Source: Comamonadaceae bacterium UBA2334
Lineage (GTDB): Bacteria > Pseudomonadota > Gammaproteobacteria > Burkholderiales > Burkholderiaceae_C
Length of the DNA stretch: 64,000 bases
Reading direction: 5' to 3'
Assembly: GCA_002344885.1 (NCBI GenBank)
Contig: DDUQ01000142.1
Span: 65,467 to 129,466, forward strand
Under the pieces are notes generated by a model. The model ran no database searches. It was given only the letters and a program-made list of their open reading frames with translations, and was not told the DNA's origin. Made by a program: the position numbers and the translations under genes. Positions 1-10,604 of the stretch are shown here, one piece after another (the first letter of the stretch is position 1; each line of letters opens with the position of its first letter).

Positions 1-665
<665 letters not shown>

Positions 666-717
666 TTGGTCACCGTTTGGCTTTGCACCTGACCGCACCT
701 TTGAAGGAACCTACGCC

Positions 718-1374
718 GTGATCACGCTTGCCCTGTCCAAAGGACGCATCTTCCAGGAAACGCTGCCGTTGCTGGCCGCGGCTGGTATCGAGGTGTTGGA
801 AGACCCCGAAAAGTCCCGCAAACTCATCCTGCCCACCAACCGCGCCGATGTGCAGGTGGTGCTGGTGCGTGCTTCCGACGTGCCCACTTACGTGGAATAT
901 GGCGGGGCCGATGTGGGTGTGTGCGGCAAGGACACCCTCATCGAGCACCAGGCCGAATGGGGCACCCATGGCCTGTACCAGCCGCTGGACTTGCAGATTG
1001 CGCGCTGCCGCATGAGCGTGGCGGTGCGCGCCGACTTCGACTATGCGACCGCTGTCCGCCAGGGTGCCCGGCTGGCCGTGGCCACGAAGTACACGGCCAT
1101 TGCCCGCGAGTTCTTTGCGAGCAAGGGCGTGCATGTGGACCTGATCAAGCTCTACGGCAGCATGGAGCTGGCTCCGTTGACCGGTTTGGCCGATGCCATC
1201 GTGGACCTGGTGTCCACCGGTAACACGCTGAAGGCCAACCACCTGGTTGAGGTGGAGCACATCATGGACATCAGCTCCAGGCTGGTGGTCAACCAGGCGG
1301 CGCTGAAGGTCAAGCAGGCCAGCCTGCGACCCATCATCGACGCCTTTGCCAAGGCCCTGACCGTTTCCGCGTGA
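718..1374 (+). CDS. hisG: ATP phosphoribosyltransferase, short form
   Basis: Within ORF 562..1374. GTG at 718 gives (M)[23 protein letters not shown], the canonical HisG N-terminus. GAAGGAA Shine-Dalgarno lies about 8 nt upstream. Confidence 0.9.
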   Translation: MITLALSKGRIFQETLPLLAAAGIEVLEDPEKSRKLILPTNRADVQVVLVRASDVPTYVEYGGADVGVCGKDTLIEHQAEWGTHGLYQPLDLQIARCRMSVAVRADFDYATAVRQGARLAVATKYTAIAREFFASKGVHVDLIKLYGSMELAPLTGLADAIVDLVSTGNTLKANHLVEVEHIMDISSRLVVNQAALKVKQASLRPIIDAFAKALTVSA

Positions 1375-1400
1375 CCAAAAGCTTGCCCAACCAAGGCGAA

Positions 1401-2807
1401 ATGATGATAGCTAAACCTTTATATCTATCAAGCGACGAAGCCGACTTCGAATTAAGATTCAGTCGGCGCCTGCATTGGTCGGCCGATACCGATGCCGGCA
1501 TCGAGTCCCGTGTGGCGGACATCCTGGCCGATGTGCAGACGCGCGGCGATGCCGCGGTGCTGGACTACACCGCCCGTTTCGATGGGCTGGCCGCTGACAG
1601 CGTGGCCGAGTTGGAACTGACGCAGGCCGACTTCAAAGCGGCGTTCGACGGGCTGCCCGCTGCGCAGCGCGATGCACTGCAAAACGCCACGTGGCGCGTG
1701 CGTGCCTACCACGAAGCCCAGCGCAAGGCCACTGGCGAGAGCTGGAGCTACCGCGACGAAGATGGCACCTTGCTCGGCCAGAAGGTCACGCCCCTGGACC
1801 GTGTGGGTATCTACGTGCCCGGCGGCAAGGCGGCATACCCCTCCAGCCTGATCATGAACGCTGTGCCGGCCCATGTGGCCGGCGTGCCCGAAATCATCAT
1901 GGTGGTGCCCACGCCGGTGCGTGGCAGTGTGGCCACCGGTGGCAGCGGCGTCAGCGGGGGGGCGGCCACCGCCACCCGTGGCGAGCGAAACGATCTGGTG
2001 CTGGCTGCGGCGTATGTGGCCGGCGTGACCCGTGCGTTCACCATCGGTGGCGCGCAGGCCGTGGCCGCGCTGGCCTACGGCACGGCCACCATCCCGAAGG
2101 TGGACAAAATCACCGGTCCGGGCAACGTCTACGTGGCCAGCGCCAAGAAGCGCGTGTTCGGCACAGTGGGCATCGACATGATTGCCGGTCCGTCCGAAAT
2201 CCTGGTGCTGGCCGATGGCACCACGCCACCCGAATGGGTGGCGATGGATTTGTTCAGCCAGGCCGAGCACGATGAGTTGGCGCAGAGCATCCTGCTCTGC
2301 CCCGATGCGGACTACATCGCCGCCGTGCAGCGTGAGATTGACCGCTTGCTGCCCACCATGCCGCGCGCGGCCATCATCGCCAAGAGCCTGAATGACCGCG
2401 GGGCCATGATCCGTACCCGCAGCATGGAAGAGGCCTGTGAACTGAGCAACCGCATTGCACCCGAGCACCTGGAGGTGAGCAGCCGCGAGCCCCACCGGTG
2501 GGAGCCCTTGCTGCGCCACGCCGGGGCCATCTTCCTGGGTGCCTACACCAGCGAGAGCCTGGGTGACTACTGCGCCGGCCCCAACCACGTGTTGCCGACC
2601 AGTGGCACGGCCCGGTTCAGTTCGCCGCTGGGGGTGTATGACTTCCAGAAGCGCAGCAGCCTGATCGAGGTGAGCCAGGCCGGCGCCCAGACGCTGGGCC
2701 CGGTGGCGGCTGAGTTGGCGTATGGCGAAGGCCTGCAGGCGCATGCGCGCGCGGCGGAGTTGCGTTTGAACGATGTGCCGCCGATGCGCGGCCCGACCGG
2801 GGGCTGA
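1401..2807 (+). CDS. hisD: Histidinol dehydrogenase
   Basis: ORF 1371..2807. Long HisD-like sequence ([54 protein letters not shown]). ATG at 1401/1404 follows AAGG. Start is uncertain between 1371 and 1404. Confidence 0.9.
   Translation: MMIAKPLYLSSDEADFELRFSRRLHWSADTDAGIESRVADILADVQTRGDAAVLDYTARFDGLAADSVAELELTQADFKAAFDGLPAAQRDALQNATWRVRAYHEAQRKATGESWSYRDEDGTLLGQKVTPLDRVGIYVPGGKAAYPSSLIMNAVPAHVAGVPEIIMVVPTPVRGSVATGGSGVSGGAATATRGERNDLVLAAAYVAGVTRAFTIGGAQAVAALAYGTATIPKVDKITGPGNVYVASAKKRVFGTVGIDMIAGPSEILVLADGTTPPEWVAMDLFSQAEHDELAQSILLCPDADYIAAVQREIDRLLPTMPRAAIIAKSLNDRGAMIRTRSMEEACELSNRIAPEHLEVSSREPHRWEPLLRHAGAIFLGAYTSESLGDYCAGPNHVLPTSGTARFSSPLGVYDFQKRSSLIEVSQAGAQTLGPVAAELAYGEGLQAHARAAELRLNDVPPMRGPTGG
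1407..1466 (+). repeat. AT-rich element copy A, inside the hisD 5' coding region
   Basis: ATAGCTAAACCTTTATATCTATCAAGCGACGAAGCCGACTTCGAATTAAGATTCAGTCGGC. 18-nt spacer. Markedly AT-rich compared with the flanks. Confidence 0.6.
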
Positions 2808-2917
2808 CCCGCCCCGTCAGCCTGGGCGGTTGCGGTGCTGCCACCCGGGAGCCCAGGTGGTTCGAGGCAGTGGGGCCGGTGCAGGCAGCCCTGAATCAGC
2901 TCAGCATCAACGCTGAA

Positions 2918-3484
2918 TCAGCCCTGTGGGTTGGCCCTCAGCCGCTGCAGCGGGCTGCTGACGAACCCCCCCAGGGCGGGCAGATCGTCCCGGCGGATGT
3001 CTTCCGGTTGCCAGTGGCCTTGTTCCACCCGGTCGGCTGCCAGCACCATGTCGCTGGTGTGCACCAGGCCCAGCCCCAGTGGCGTGCGCAGGTAGAGGTG
3101 GCCAGCCTCGTCCAGCAGGCAATGCTGGACCGGGCCTGCGGGCAGTCCGGTGTGGCTGCAGACCGAGCCGTCTGGCGCCAGCCGCCAGATCCAGGGCGTG
3201 GCCTCCAGCTCCACGTACACCCGCTGCGGTCCGTTCTGGAAAAACCACAGACCGTTCGCATCGCTGGCGTAGTTGCGGCCGATGAAGGCGATCAGCTTGT
3301 CATGCAGCAGACGGCTGCCTTTGCTGGGTGGTCGTGCATCGCCCGGCTGCGGGGCAAACGGGCCGGCGCGCTGGCAGCGGTCGTCACGCATGTACCAGTC
3401 GCCACGGGCATCGAGGCCCAACCAACCGTGGCAATCGGGAACGTTGGGCCATTTGGCCAGAGCGGCTTTGACAATGTCGTCCAT
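2918..3484 (-). CDS. Conserved hypothetical protein (188 aa); no motif I can name
   Basis: Clean ORF with ATG start. Coding-like composition. Convergent with hisD. Confidence 0.6.
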   Translation of the reverse strand: MDDIVKAALAKWPNVPDCHGWLGLDARGDWYMRDDRCQRAGPFAPQPGDARPPSKGSRLLHDKLIAFIGRNYASDANGLWFFQNGPQRVYVELEATPWIWRLAPDGSVCSHTGLPAGPVQHCLLDEAGHLYLRTPLGLGLVHTSDMVLAADRVEQGHWQPEDIRRDDLPALGGFVSSPLQRLRANPQG

Positions 3485-3574
3485 GGTGCAAGGAAAAGCT
3501 GTGCGGCAAACGTGTGTGGCGAATGGGTGCGGCGGTTGAGTGCTATAAGCAGGTGCGACAAGTAGGTGCGGCGG

Positions 3575-4636
3575 TCAGAGATGGGCCATCATCCAGGTGC
3601 CCACGGCATCGGGCATGGCGCGGACGTGACCCGGAAACCGGAACGGGCCAGCTGCCACCGGAAACCCCACATGGCCGCCCTGTGTTGGGTGCCACAGGGT
3701 GACGTTCGGGCCCACGGCGTGGGGCTGCGGCAACGATGCTGCCGGCACGAACGGGTCGTTCAGTGCGTTCAGCGCCAGCGCGGGTACCCGGATGTCGGGC
3801 AGCACCGGCTTGGCCGATGCCCGGGTCCAGTAGTCTTCGGTGTGTTTGAACCCGTGCAGCGGCGCGGTGAACAGGTTGTCGAACGCATACAGGTCGCGGG
3901 CGGCCCGTAAGGCCTCGCCGTCAAACAGACCCGGATGCTGTTCCAGCTTGCGCAGGGCTTTGGGCACCATGGTGGACAGAAACATTCGGGTGTAAACCAG
4001 ACGGTTGAAGCCCTTGCCAATGGCGTGGCCACCGGCCGCCAGGTCCAGCGGCGAGCAGATGGCAGCCACCGCCTTCACGCGCTGCGCGGCTGCGTGACCC
4101 GCCTCGCCGGCCCAGCGCAGCAGGGCGTTTCCACCCAGCGAAACGCCCGCTGCCAGCAGCGGGCGTTTGGGGTGCAGTTGGGCAAAACGGGCCAGGATCC
4201 AGTCGATTTCTTCATGGTCGCCCGAGTGGTAGGCCCGGGGGGCCAGGTTCAGTTCGCCCGAGCAGCCTCGGAAATGTGGCACCGCCATCATCAGGCCGTG
4301 CTGGCAGGCGAAGTCGGCAAATGCCACGGCGTACTGGCTGCTGGACGAGCCTTCCAGCCCGTGGAACAGCACCAGCAGCGGCGCGTGTTCGGGTACGGGG
4401 TGGCGCGTGAAGTCCACATCCACAAAGTCATGGTCAGGCGTGGTCCAGCGCTCACGTCGCCAACTGGGGGGCTGCTGCGCCAGGTGCCGCCGCGACAGCG
4501 TGGCCGCCCAGATGGTCTGGGCGTTCCCGCCGGGCAGCCAGCGGGGTGCCCGGTAATTAAACCGGGCGGGCGCCGCGGGGCCTTCGGTTGGCCGGATGTG
4601 TGGGTTGGCGGTGGGGCGGTGCATGGGAACCAGCAT
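3575..4636 (-). CDS. Alpha/beta-fold hydrolase, YheT-like
   Basis: Within ORF 3575..4750. HGLEGSSSSQY and GVSLGGN (GxSxG nucleophile elbow). Start taken at MLVPMHR; uncertain. Confidence 0.75.
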   Translation of the reverse strand: MLVPMHRPTANPHIRPTEGPAAPARFNYRAPRWLPGGNAQTIWAATLSRRHLAQQPPSWRRERWTTPDHDFVDVDFTRHPVPEHAPLLVLFHGLEGSSSSQYAVAFADFACQHGLMMAVPHFRGCSGELNLAPRAYHSGDHEEIDWILARFAQLHPKRPLLAAGVSLGGNALLRWAGEAGHAAAQRVKAVAAICSPLDLAAGGHAIGKGFNRLVYTRMFLSTMVPKALRKLEQHPGLFDGEALRAARDLYAFDNLFTAPLHGFKHTEDYWTRASAKPVLPDIRVPALALNALNDPFVPAASLPQPHAVGPNVTLWHPTQGGHVGFPVAAGPFRFPGHVRAMPDAVGTWMMAHL

Positions 4637-4788
4637 GCTGGTATTTTCACCGCTTGCCGGTTGGCCATCGCTGGCCGGGGGCATACACCGCCCGCCATGC
4701 CTGCATGGGGTCTGGCCGGGGTAGGGCGGCATGCCCGACCAGCAACGCAAGGGTCAGGCCCTGCGGCCCAAGGCCCAGTGGGCGCTGC

Positions 4789-6054
4789 TTACTGGTAGCT
4801 GCGCGCGTCCTCGATCACCTTGCCGTCGTTGGGCAGGCTGCCCACGGAGACGCGCACCACGTCGGCGCGCAGCTTGGTGACTTCCCGCACCGCGTGGCCG
4901 ATGGCGGCTTCGGTGTTGGCATCCAGCGTGGCGCATTCCACGCTCAGCGTCATCTGGTCGTTGGCCATTTCGCCGCTGACCACCAGACGGCCCTTGACCA
5001 GTTGCGGGAAGCGCTTGAGCACGTCCTGTACCTGGCCGGGGTGCACAAACATGCCGCGCACTTTGGTGGTCTGGTCGGCTCGGCCCATCCAGCCCTTGAT
5101 GCGCGTGTTGGTGCGTCCGCTGGGGCAGGGGCCAGGCAACACGGCGGACAGGTCGCCGGTGCCGAAGCGCACCAGCGGGTAGTCGGGGTTGAGCACGGTG
5201 ACCACCACTTCGCCCACCTCGCCGTCGGGCACCGGGTCGCCCGTGCCGGGCCGGACGATTTCCAGGAAGATGCCTTCATCCAGCACCAGCCCTTCGCGGG
5301 CCGAGGTTTCGTAAGCAATCAGCCCGGCATCCGCTGTGGCATAGGCCTGGTAGGCCTGGATGCCACGCTCGGCCAGCCAGTCGCGCAGGCTGGGCGGAAA
5401 GGCCTCGCCCGACACCAGGGCCTTGGTGATGGTCAGTTTCTGACCCGCTTCTTCGGCCTTTTCGACCAGGATGCGCAGGAAACTGGGTGTGCCCGCGTAG
5501 GCGTGGGGCCTGAGGTCGGCAATGGCTGCCAGTTGCTGTTCGGTGTTGCCCACGCCTGCGGGGATCACGGTGCAGCCCAGGGCGTGCGCACCGGCCTCCA
5601 TGATCCAGGCACCGGGTGTCAGGTGATAGCTGAACGTGTTGTGCACCAGGTCCCCCGCCGCAAAGCCGGCAGCGGCCATGGCGCGTGCGCTGCGCCAGTA
5701 GTCGGCGGCACAGCCTTCAGGCTCGTAGATGGGGCCGGGAGACTGGTACACCCGTCGCGCACCCTGTGCGCGCTGCAGGCCAGTCCAGCCAATGGCTGAA
5801 AACCCGCCGAATGGGTCATGGCCTGAGGCGCGGCTGGCTTTCTGGCGTTCCAGCAGTTCGTGCTTGCGGATGACGGGCAGCGTGGCCAGTGCCGCACGGT
5901 TGCAGATGGTGGTGGTGTCGACACCCGCCAGTTGCTCGGCCACCGCAGCACTGCGTGTGGCTGCCTGCGCGAGGTGTTGTGGCAGGGCCGCCATGAGCGC
6001 GGCTTCGCGTGCCGTTGCGTCACGCGTCTCCAGGGTGTCGAGGTGGTTGGGCAT
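4789..6054 (-). CDS. Phenylacetate-CoA ligase family (PaaK / coenzyme F390 synthetase-like) adenylate-forming enzyme
   Basis: 421-aa ORF with PaaK-family layout (YAGTPSFLRIL, SGEAFPPSLR, YATADAGLIAYE, C-terminal ACT-like part). Last gene of the ABC operon. Confidence 0.8.
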   Translation of the reverse strand: MPNHLDTLETRDATAREAALMAALPQHLAQAATRSAAVAEQLAGVDTTTICNRAALATLPVIRKHELLERQKASRASGHDPFGGFSAIGWTGLQRAQGARRVYQSPGPIYEPEGCAADYWRSARAMAAAGFAAGDLVHNTFSYHLTPGAWIMEAGAHALGCTVIPAGVGNTEQQLAAIADLRPHAYAGTPSFLRILVEKAEEAGQKLTITKALVSGEAFPPSLRDWLAERGIQAYQAYATADAGLIAYETSAREGLVLDEGIFLEIVRPGTGDPVPDGEVGEVVVTVLNPDYPLVRFGTGDLSAVLPGPCPSGRTNTRIKGWMGRADQTTKVRGMFVHPGQVQDVLKRFPQLVKGRLVVSGEMANDQMTLSVECATLDANTEAAIGHAVREVTKLRADVVRVSVGSLPNDGKVIEDARSYQ

Positions 6055-6074
6055 GCGTCAGCCTTTGCAAATAA

Positions 6075-6123
6075 ATAGCACGTAACGCTTGATGGTCAAG
6101 CGCTGAGTTGCAAAAATGATTTG
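6075..6123 (+). repeat. AT-rich element copy B, between the paaK-like gene and livF
   Basis: ATAGCACGTAACGCTTGATGGTCAAGCGCTGAGTTGCAAAAATGATTTG. 18-nt spacer. Internal hairpin CGCTTGA-TGG-TCAAGCG. Confidence 0.7.
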
Positions 6124-6136
6124 TAAATGTATGGTG

Positions 6137-6946
6137 TCAGGCGAGCCAGCGCTTGCGACGCTTGTAGCTCTTCACGTCTTTGAATGACTTACGTTCGCCC
6201 CCACCCATACCGAGGTAGAACTCTTTCACGTCCTCGTTGTTACGCAGGTCGCTGGCGCTGCCGTCCATCATGATGCGGCCGGATTCCATGATGTAGCCGT
6301 AGTCAGCGTACTTCAGGGCCATGTTGGTGTTCTGCTCGGCAATCAGGAAGGTGACCTTCTCTTTGGTGTTGAGGTCTTTGACGATCTCGAACACCTCTTC
6401 CACGATCTGTGGGGCCAGGCCCATCGACGGTTCGTCGAGCAGCACCACGCTGGGGTTGGCCATCAGGGCGCGGCCGATAGCACACATCTGCTGCTCGCCG
6501 CCCGATGTGTAGGCCGCCTGGCTGGTGCGGCGGGTTTTCAGGCGGGGGAAGTAGTTGTAGACTTTTTCCAGGTTGGCTTCGATCTCGGCCTTGCTGGTGC
6601 GGGTGTAGCTGCCTGTCATCAGGTTTTCTTCGATGGTCAGGTGGGCAAAGCAGTGGCGGCCTTCCATGACCTGTACCACCCCCCGCTTGACAAGGTCGGC
6701 GGGCGACATGTTTTCAATGCGTTCACCACGCAGTTCGACGCTGCCCTTGGTGACTTCGCCACGCTCGGCTTTGAGCAGGTTGGAAATGGCCCGCAGCGTG
6801 GTCGTCTTGCCCGCGCCGTTGCCGCCGAGGATGGCCGCAATCTGGCCTTCGGCGACGGTCAGTGACACGCCTTTGAGCACCAGAATCACGTGGTTGTAGA
6901 TGACTTCAATGCCGTTGACGTTGATGACGATGTTGGGGTTGCTCAT
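6137..6946 (-). CDS. livF: Branched-chain amino acid-type ABC transporter ATP-binding protein (LivF-like)
   Basis: Within ORF 6137..7033. Walker A GGNGAGKTT, signature SGGEQQM, Walker B VLLDEPS. Start at MSNPN after AAAGG. Confidence 0.9.
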   Translation of the reverse strand: MSNPNIVINVNGIEVIYNHVILVLKGVSLTVAEGQIAAILGGNGAGKTTTLRAISNLLKAERGEVTKGSVELRGERIENMSPADLVKRGVVQVMEGRHCFAHLTIEENLMTGSYTRTSKAEIEANLEKVYNYFPRLKTRRTSQAAYTSGGEQQMCAIGRALMANPSVVLLDEPSMGLAPQIVEEVFEIVKDLNTKEKVTFLIAEQNTNMALKYADYGYIMESGRIMMDGSASDLRNNEDVKEFYLGMGGGERKSFKDVKSYKRRKRWLA

Positions 6947-7080
6947 GTTGACCTTTCGACTCATGTCAGCCCCGCACGCGAGGCTGGTATGAGGCATCGG
7001 CCCGGCTGCGGACCGATGGGGTCTGCCCATCACCGGTCGCGCGCTGGCAAGGCCAGACGCACGACCGGTGGCAGCTACGA

Positions 7081-8418
7081 TCAGGACTGGCAGTCTTTCG
7101 CGTCGCGGCGGGTCAGCTTTTTCTCGGCTGCGTACTTGTCGGCAGCTGCTTTGACCATGGGCTTCAGCAACGACTCGTCAGCTTGATACCAGTCGGATGA
7201 CCAGTTGAACTTGGCACCATCCCACTGGTGAATTCGGGCCCAGGCCGATCCCATGTGGTCCTGGCAGCTGGTGGAGATGGGGCGCATCACTCCCTTGAAA
7301 CCCAATGCGTCCAGCTTGGGTTGGGTCAGGTTCAGGTTTTCCAGACCCCAGCGGACTTGCTCACCCGTCATGACCTTGCCTTTGCCGAAGCGTTCTTGCG
7401 CGGCGCGTACACCTTCAACCGCGAGCATGGCGCTCATCATGCCTCGCACGTACAGCACATCACCCACTTCATCTTTCGGCCCGGTGCCCTGGCCCTTGCC
7501 GTGTACTTTGGTGAGGGTTTCCTTGATAACGTCGGCGTTCTTCTCGGCGCCGTGCTGCATCATCACGGCTTTGTAGCCTTTGGCGCCCTGGCCCACGTCT
7601 TTCACGTCCGGTTCGGCACCGGCCCACCAAACGCCGTACATCTTGTCGCGCGGGTAGCCTGTGGCTTGGGCTTCTTTCAGTGCGGTGGAGTTCATCACGC
7701 CCCAGCCCCAGTTGATGACGAAATCAGGCCGGTTCTGGCGGATTTGCAGCCAGGTGGCTTTCTGCTCCACACCGGGGTGGGTGACCGGCAGCAGGCTCAG
7801 CTGGAAGCCGTGGGTGGCTGCATGCTCTTGCAGCACGGGGATGGGCTCTTTGCCGAACGGGCTGTCGTGGTAAATCAAGGTGATTTTCTTGCCCTTGAGC
7901 TTGTCCATGCCACCCAGGTTCTTGGCTATGTCCTGCATGATCACGTCTGCGGCCACCCAGTAGGTGCCGGCCAACGGGAAGTTCCACTTGAACACGCCAC
8001 CGTCCTGGCTTTCGGAACGGCCATAACCGGCAGTCACCAGCGGAATTTTGTCAACAGGTGCTTTTTCGGTCAGTGCGAAAGTGATGCCTGTGGACAGCGG
8101 CTGGAAAACGGTAGCACCGCCGTTCTTGCCTTTCAGTCGCTCGTAGCATTCCACGCCGCGGTCGGTGGCGTAACCCGTTTCGCATTCTTCAAAACTCAGC
8201 TTGACACCGTTGATGCCACCGCGTTCGTTGACAAGCTTGAGGTAGTCGACATAACCGTTGGCAAATGGCACACCGTTAGGGGCGTACGCACCGGTTCGGT
8301 AGACCAGGACAGGGAAAAACTGCTCTTTGGCCTGGGCCGCGGCCTGGGTGGACACCAGGGCGCCGGTAAGGCCGGTGGCAACCATGGTGGCTGCAAGAAC
8401 GAGTTGACGGATTTTCAT
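7081..8418 (-). CDS. ABC transporter periplasmic substrate-binding protein (Liv/type I PBP family, about 445 aa)
   Basis: Within ORF 7081..8970. Start MKIRQLVLAATMVATGLTGALVSTQAAAQA is a signal peptide preceded by GGAGAC. The upstream 180 codons of the ORF are judged non-coding. Confidence 0.85.
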   Translation of the reverse strand: MKIRQLVLAATMVATGLTGALVSTQAAAQAKEQFFPVLVYRTGAYAPNGVPFANGYVDYLKLVNERGGINGVKLSFEECETGYATDRGVECYERLKGKNGGATVFQPLSTGITFALTEKAPVDKIPLVTAGYGRSESQDGGVFKWNFPLAGTYWVAADVIMQDIAKNLGGMDKLKGKKITLIYHDSPFGKEPIPVLQEHAATHGFQLSLLPVTHPGVEQKATWLQIRQNRPDFVINWGWGVMNSTALKEAQATGYPRDKMYGVWWAGAEPDVKDVGQGAKGYKAVMMQHGAEKNADVIKETLTKVHGKGQGTGPKDEVGDVLYVRGMMSAMLAVEGVRAAQERFGKGKVMTGEQVRWGLENLNLTQPKLDALGFKGVMRPISTSCQDHMGSAWARIHQWDGAKFNWSSDWYQADESLLKPMVKAAADKYAAEKKLTRRDAKDCQS

Positions 8419-8513
8419 GGTTGTCTCCAAAAAAGAAAGCACACAACTGAACACGGGTAAGCGCTGGAAGGCAATAAAGGATGCAAACGCGCCACTTGCA
8501 CCCCTGGAAACAC

Positions 8514-9590
8514 TCAGTGCGGGAACGGCCAGATGCGCAGCTTTTGCTTGGCCACGCTCCACAGTTTGGCCAGACCGTGGGGCTCGACAATCAGGAACCA
8601 GACGATCAGCGCGCCGAAAATCATGAATTCGGTGTGAGCGACAGCGGCCGTAGATATGCTGACACCGACCAGACCGCCCACGAATGGCAGGAACTGGTTC
8701 AGGAAGATGGGCAGCACGACGATGAAGGCTGCGCCAAACATGCTGCCCATGATCGAGCCCATGCCGCCGATGATGACCATGAACAGCAATTGGAACGAGC
8801 GGTCCACGGAGAAAGCAGCCGGCTCCCATGAACCCAGGTGCACAAAGCCCCACAGCCCACCGGCCACGCCGACGATGAACGAGCTGACCGCAAAGGCGCT
8901 CAGCTTCGCGTACATCGGACGGATGCCGATGACGGCTGCCGCCACGTCCATGTCGCGAATGGCCATCCACTCCCGGCCGATGGAGCCCCGAACCAGGTTT
9001 TTGGCCAGCAGTGCGAACACGACCAGGAATGCCAGGCAGAACAGATATTTTTCGACCGGCGTGTTGATGGTCCAGCCAAACACTTGCAGGTTGGAAACGG
9101 ACACCGAACCCGAGGCGTTGTTGTTGGTGAACCAGCCGACACGCAGGAAAGCCCAGTCACAGAAAAACTGTGCGGCCAGCGTGGCCACCGCCAGGTACAG
9201 GCCCTTGACGCGCAGGCTGGGAATGCCAAAGAACATGCCCACCAAGGTGGCGAAGAAGCCACCTGACAGCAAGGCGACGATCAGCGGCATGCCTTCGATG
9301 CGGATGAAGGTGTTGTATGCCATGTAGGCGCCCACTGCCATGAACGCACCCGAGCCGAGAGAAATCTGGCCACAGTAGCCGACGAGGATGTTCACACCCA
9401 CGGCTGCCAGCGACAGGATCAGGAAGGGGATGAAAATGGCCCGGAACATGTACTCGTCGAACATGAACGGCACGGCAATGGCTGCAAACGCAATCAATCC
9501 GAGGATGGCCCAGCGATCCTGAGCGATGGGGAAGATCTGCTGATCAGCGTGGTAACTGGTCTTGAACTGGCCGTTTTCGCGGTAAAACAT
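8514..9590 (-). CDS. livM: Branched-chain amino acid-type ABC transporter permease (LivM-like)
   Basis: 358-aa polytopic membrane ORF in operon context. Confidence 0.88.
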   Translation of the reverse strand: MFYRENGQFKTSYHADQQIFPIAQDRWAILGLIAFAAIAVPFMFDEYMFRAIFIPFLILSLAAVGVNILVGYCGQISLGSGAFMAVGAYMAYNTFIRIEGMPLIVALLSGGFFATLVGMFFGIPSLRVKGLYLAVATLAAQFFCDWAFLRVGWFTNNNASGSVSVSNLQVFGWTINTPVEKYLFCLAFLVVFALLAKNLVRGSIGREWMAIRDMDVAAAVIGIRPMYAKLSAFAVSSFIVGVAGGLWGFVHLGSWEPAAFSVDRSFQLLFMVIIGGMGSIMGSMFGAAFIVVLPIFLNQFLPFVGGLVGVSISTAAVAHTEFMIFGALIVWFLIVEPHGLAKLWSVAKQKLRIWPFPH

Positions 9591-9600
9591 GATTCAGCCT

Positions 9601-9655
9601 TGAATTGAGTATAAAAATGAGTCTCGGCGCTTATTTGGCATGTAATGGGTGCTAT
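9601..9655 (-). repeat. AT-rich element copy C, immediately upstream of livM
   Basis: Reverse complement reads ATAGCACCCATTACATGCCAAATAAGCGCCGAGACTCATTTTTATACTCAATTCA. 18-nt spacer. Confidence 0.75.
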
Positions 9656-9662
9656 GCAAAAT

Positions 9663-10592
9663 TCAGACGCGGTCGATGATTTTTTCGCCGAACAGCCCCT
9701 GCGGACGGAACAGCAGGAACACCAGAGCAAGCACGTAAGCAAACCAGATTTCGATGCCGCCACCGACCAGTGGGCCTAGGTAGACCTCGGACAGCTTTTC
9801 GCCCACACCGATGATGAGTCCTCCGATGATCGCACCGGGCACCGATGTCAACCCCCCCAGAATGATCACCGGCAGGGCACGCAAAGCCACCGTGGTCAGA
9901 GAGAACTGCACACCCAGTTTGGAGCCCCAGATCATCCCGGCCACCAGGGCCACGATGCCGGCCACACACCAAACGATCACCCAGATACGGTTGAGCGGGA
10001 TGCCAATGGACTGGGCAGCCTGGTGGTCATCTGCCACGGCGCGCAGCGCACGGCCTGTGCTGGTTTTCTGGAAGAACAGCGTCAGCCCAGCCACCAAAAC
10101 GGCCGCAATGCCCGCAGCAATCAGGTCTTCCTTGTTGATCAGGATGCCGCCCTGGAAGGTGTTTTCAAGGATGAACACAGGCTCCTTCGGCATACCGATG
10201 TTGATCTGGTAGATGTCGCTGCCAAAGATGGTCTGACCCAAACCGTCGAGGAAATAGGTGATGCCCAGCGTGGCCATCAGCAGCGTTGCACCTTCCTGGT
10301 TGACCAGGTGGCGCAGTGCGAGGCGCTCAATCAACCAGGCCACCGCAAACATGCACGCTGCCGCGCCCATGAACGCCAGAATGTTGGCCACCAGCAGGCT
10401 GTCGCCGCCCAGACCGGCGTTGATCCACTCGGAGAAGCGGGCCATCGCCAGTGCGGCAAACAGCACCATCGCACCTTGGGCGAAGTTGAACACGCCGGAT
10501 GCCTTGAAGATCAGCACAAAGCCCAGTGCCACCAGCGAATAGAGCATCCCGGCCATCAGGCCGCCGAACAGGGTTTCAAGAAAAAAGGCCAT
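9663..10592 (-). CDS. livH: Branched-chain amino acid-type ABC transporter permease (LivH-like)
   Basis: 309-aa polytopic membrane ORF. N-terminus MAFFLETLFGGLMAGMLYSLVALGFVLIF is typical of LivH. Confidence 0.9.
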   Translation of the reverse strand: MAFFLETLFGGLMAGMLYSLVALGFVLIFKASGVFNFAQGAMVLFAALAMARFSEWINAGLGGDSLLVANILAFMGAAACMFAVAWLIERLALRHLVNQEGATLLMATLGITYFLDGLGQTIFGSDIYQINIGMPKEPVFILENTFQGGILINKEDLIAAGIAAVLVAGLTLFFQKTSTGRALRAVADDHQAAQSIGIPLNRIWVIVWCVAGIVALVAGMIWGSKLGVQFSLTTVALRALPVIILGGLTSVPGAIIGGLIIGVGEKLSEVYLGPLVGGGIEIWFAYVLALVFLLFRPQGLFGEKIIDRV

Positions 10593-10604
10593 TTAGCTTG
10601 CTCC

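Noticed and set aside
7081-8970. ORF-track N-terminal extensions: the binding protein as 629 aa, the acyl-CoA synthetase as 704 aa (11438..13552), ORF 27905..29461 as 518 aa, ORF 48049..48897 as 282 aa, and psd from 34824.
   Set aside because: The homologous part starts at an internal start codon with an SD sequence and/or a signal peptide. The upstream parts overlap neighbouring genes or intergenic elements and look non-coding.
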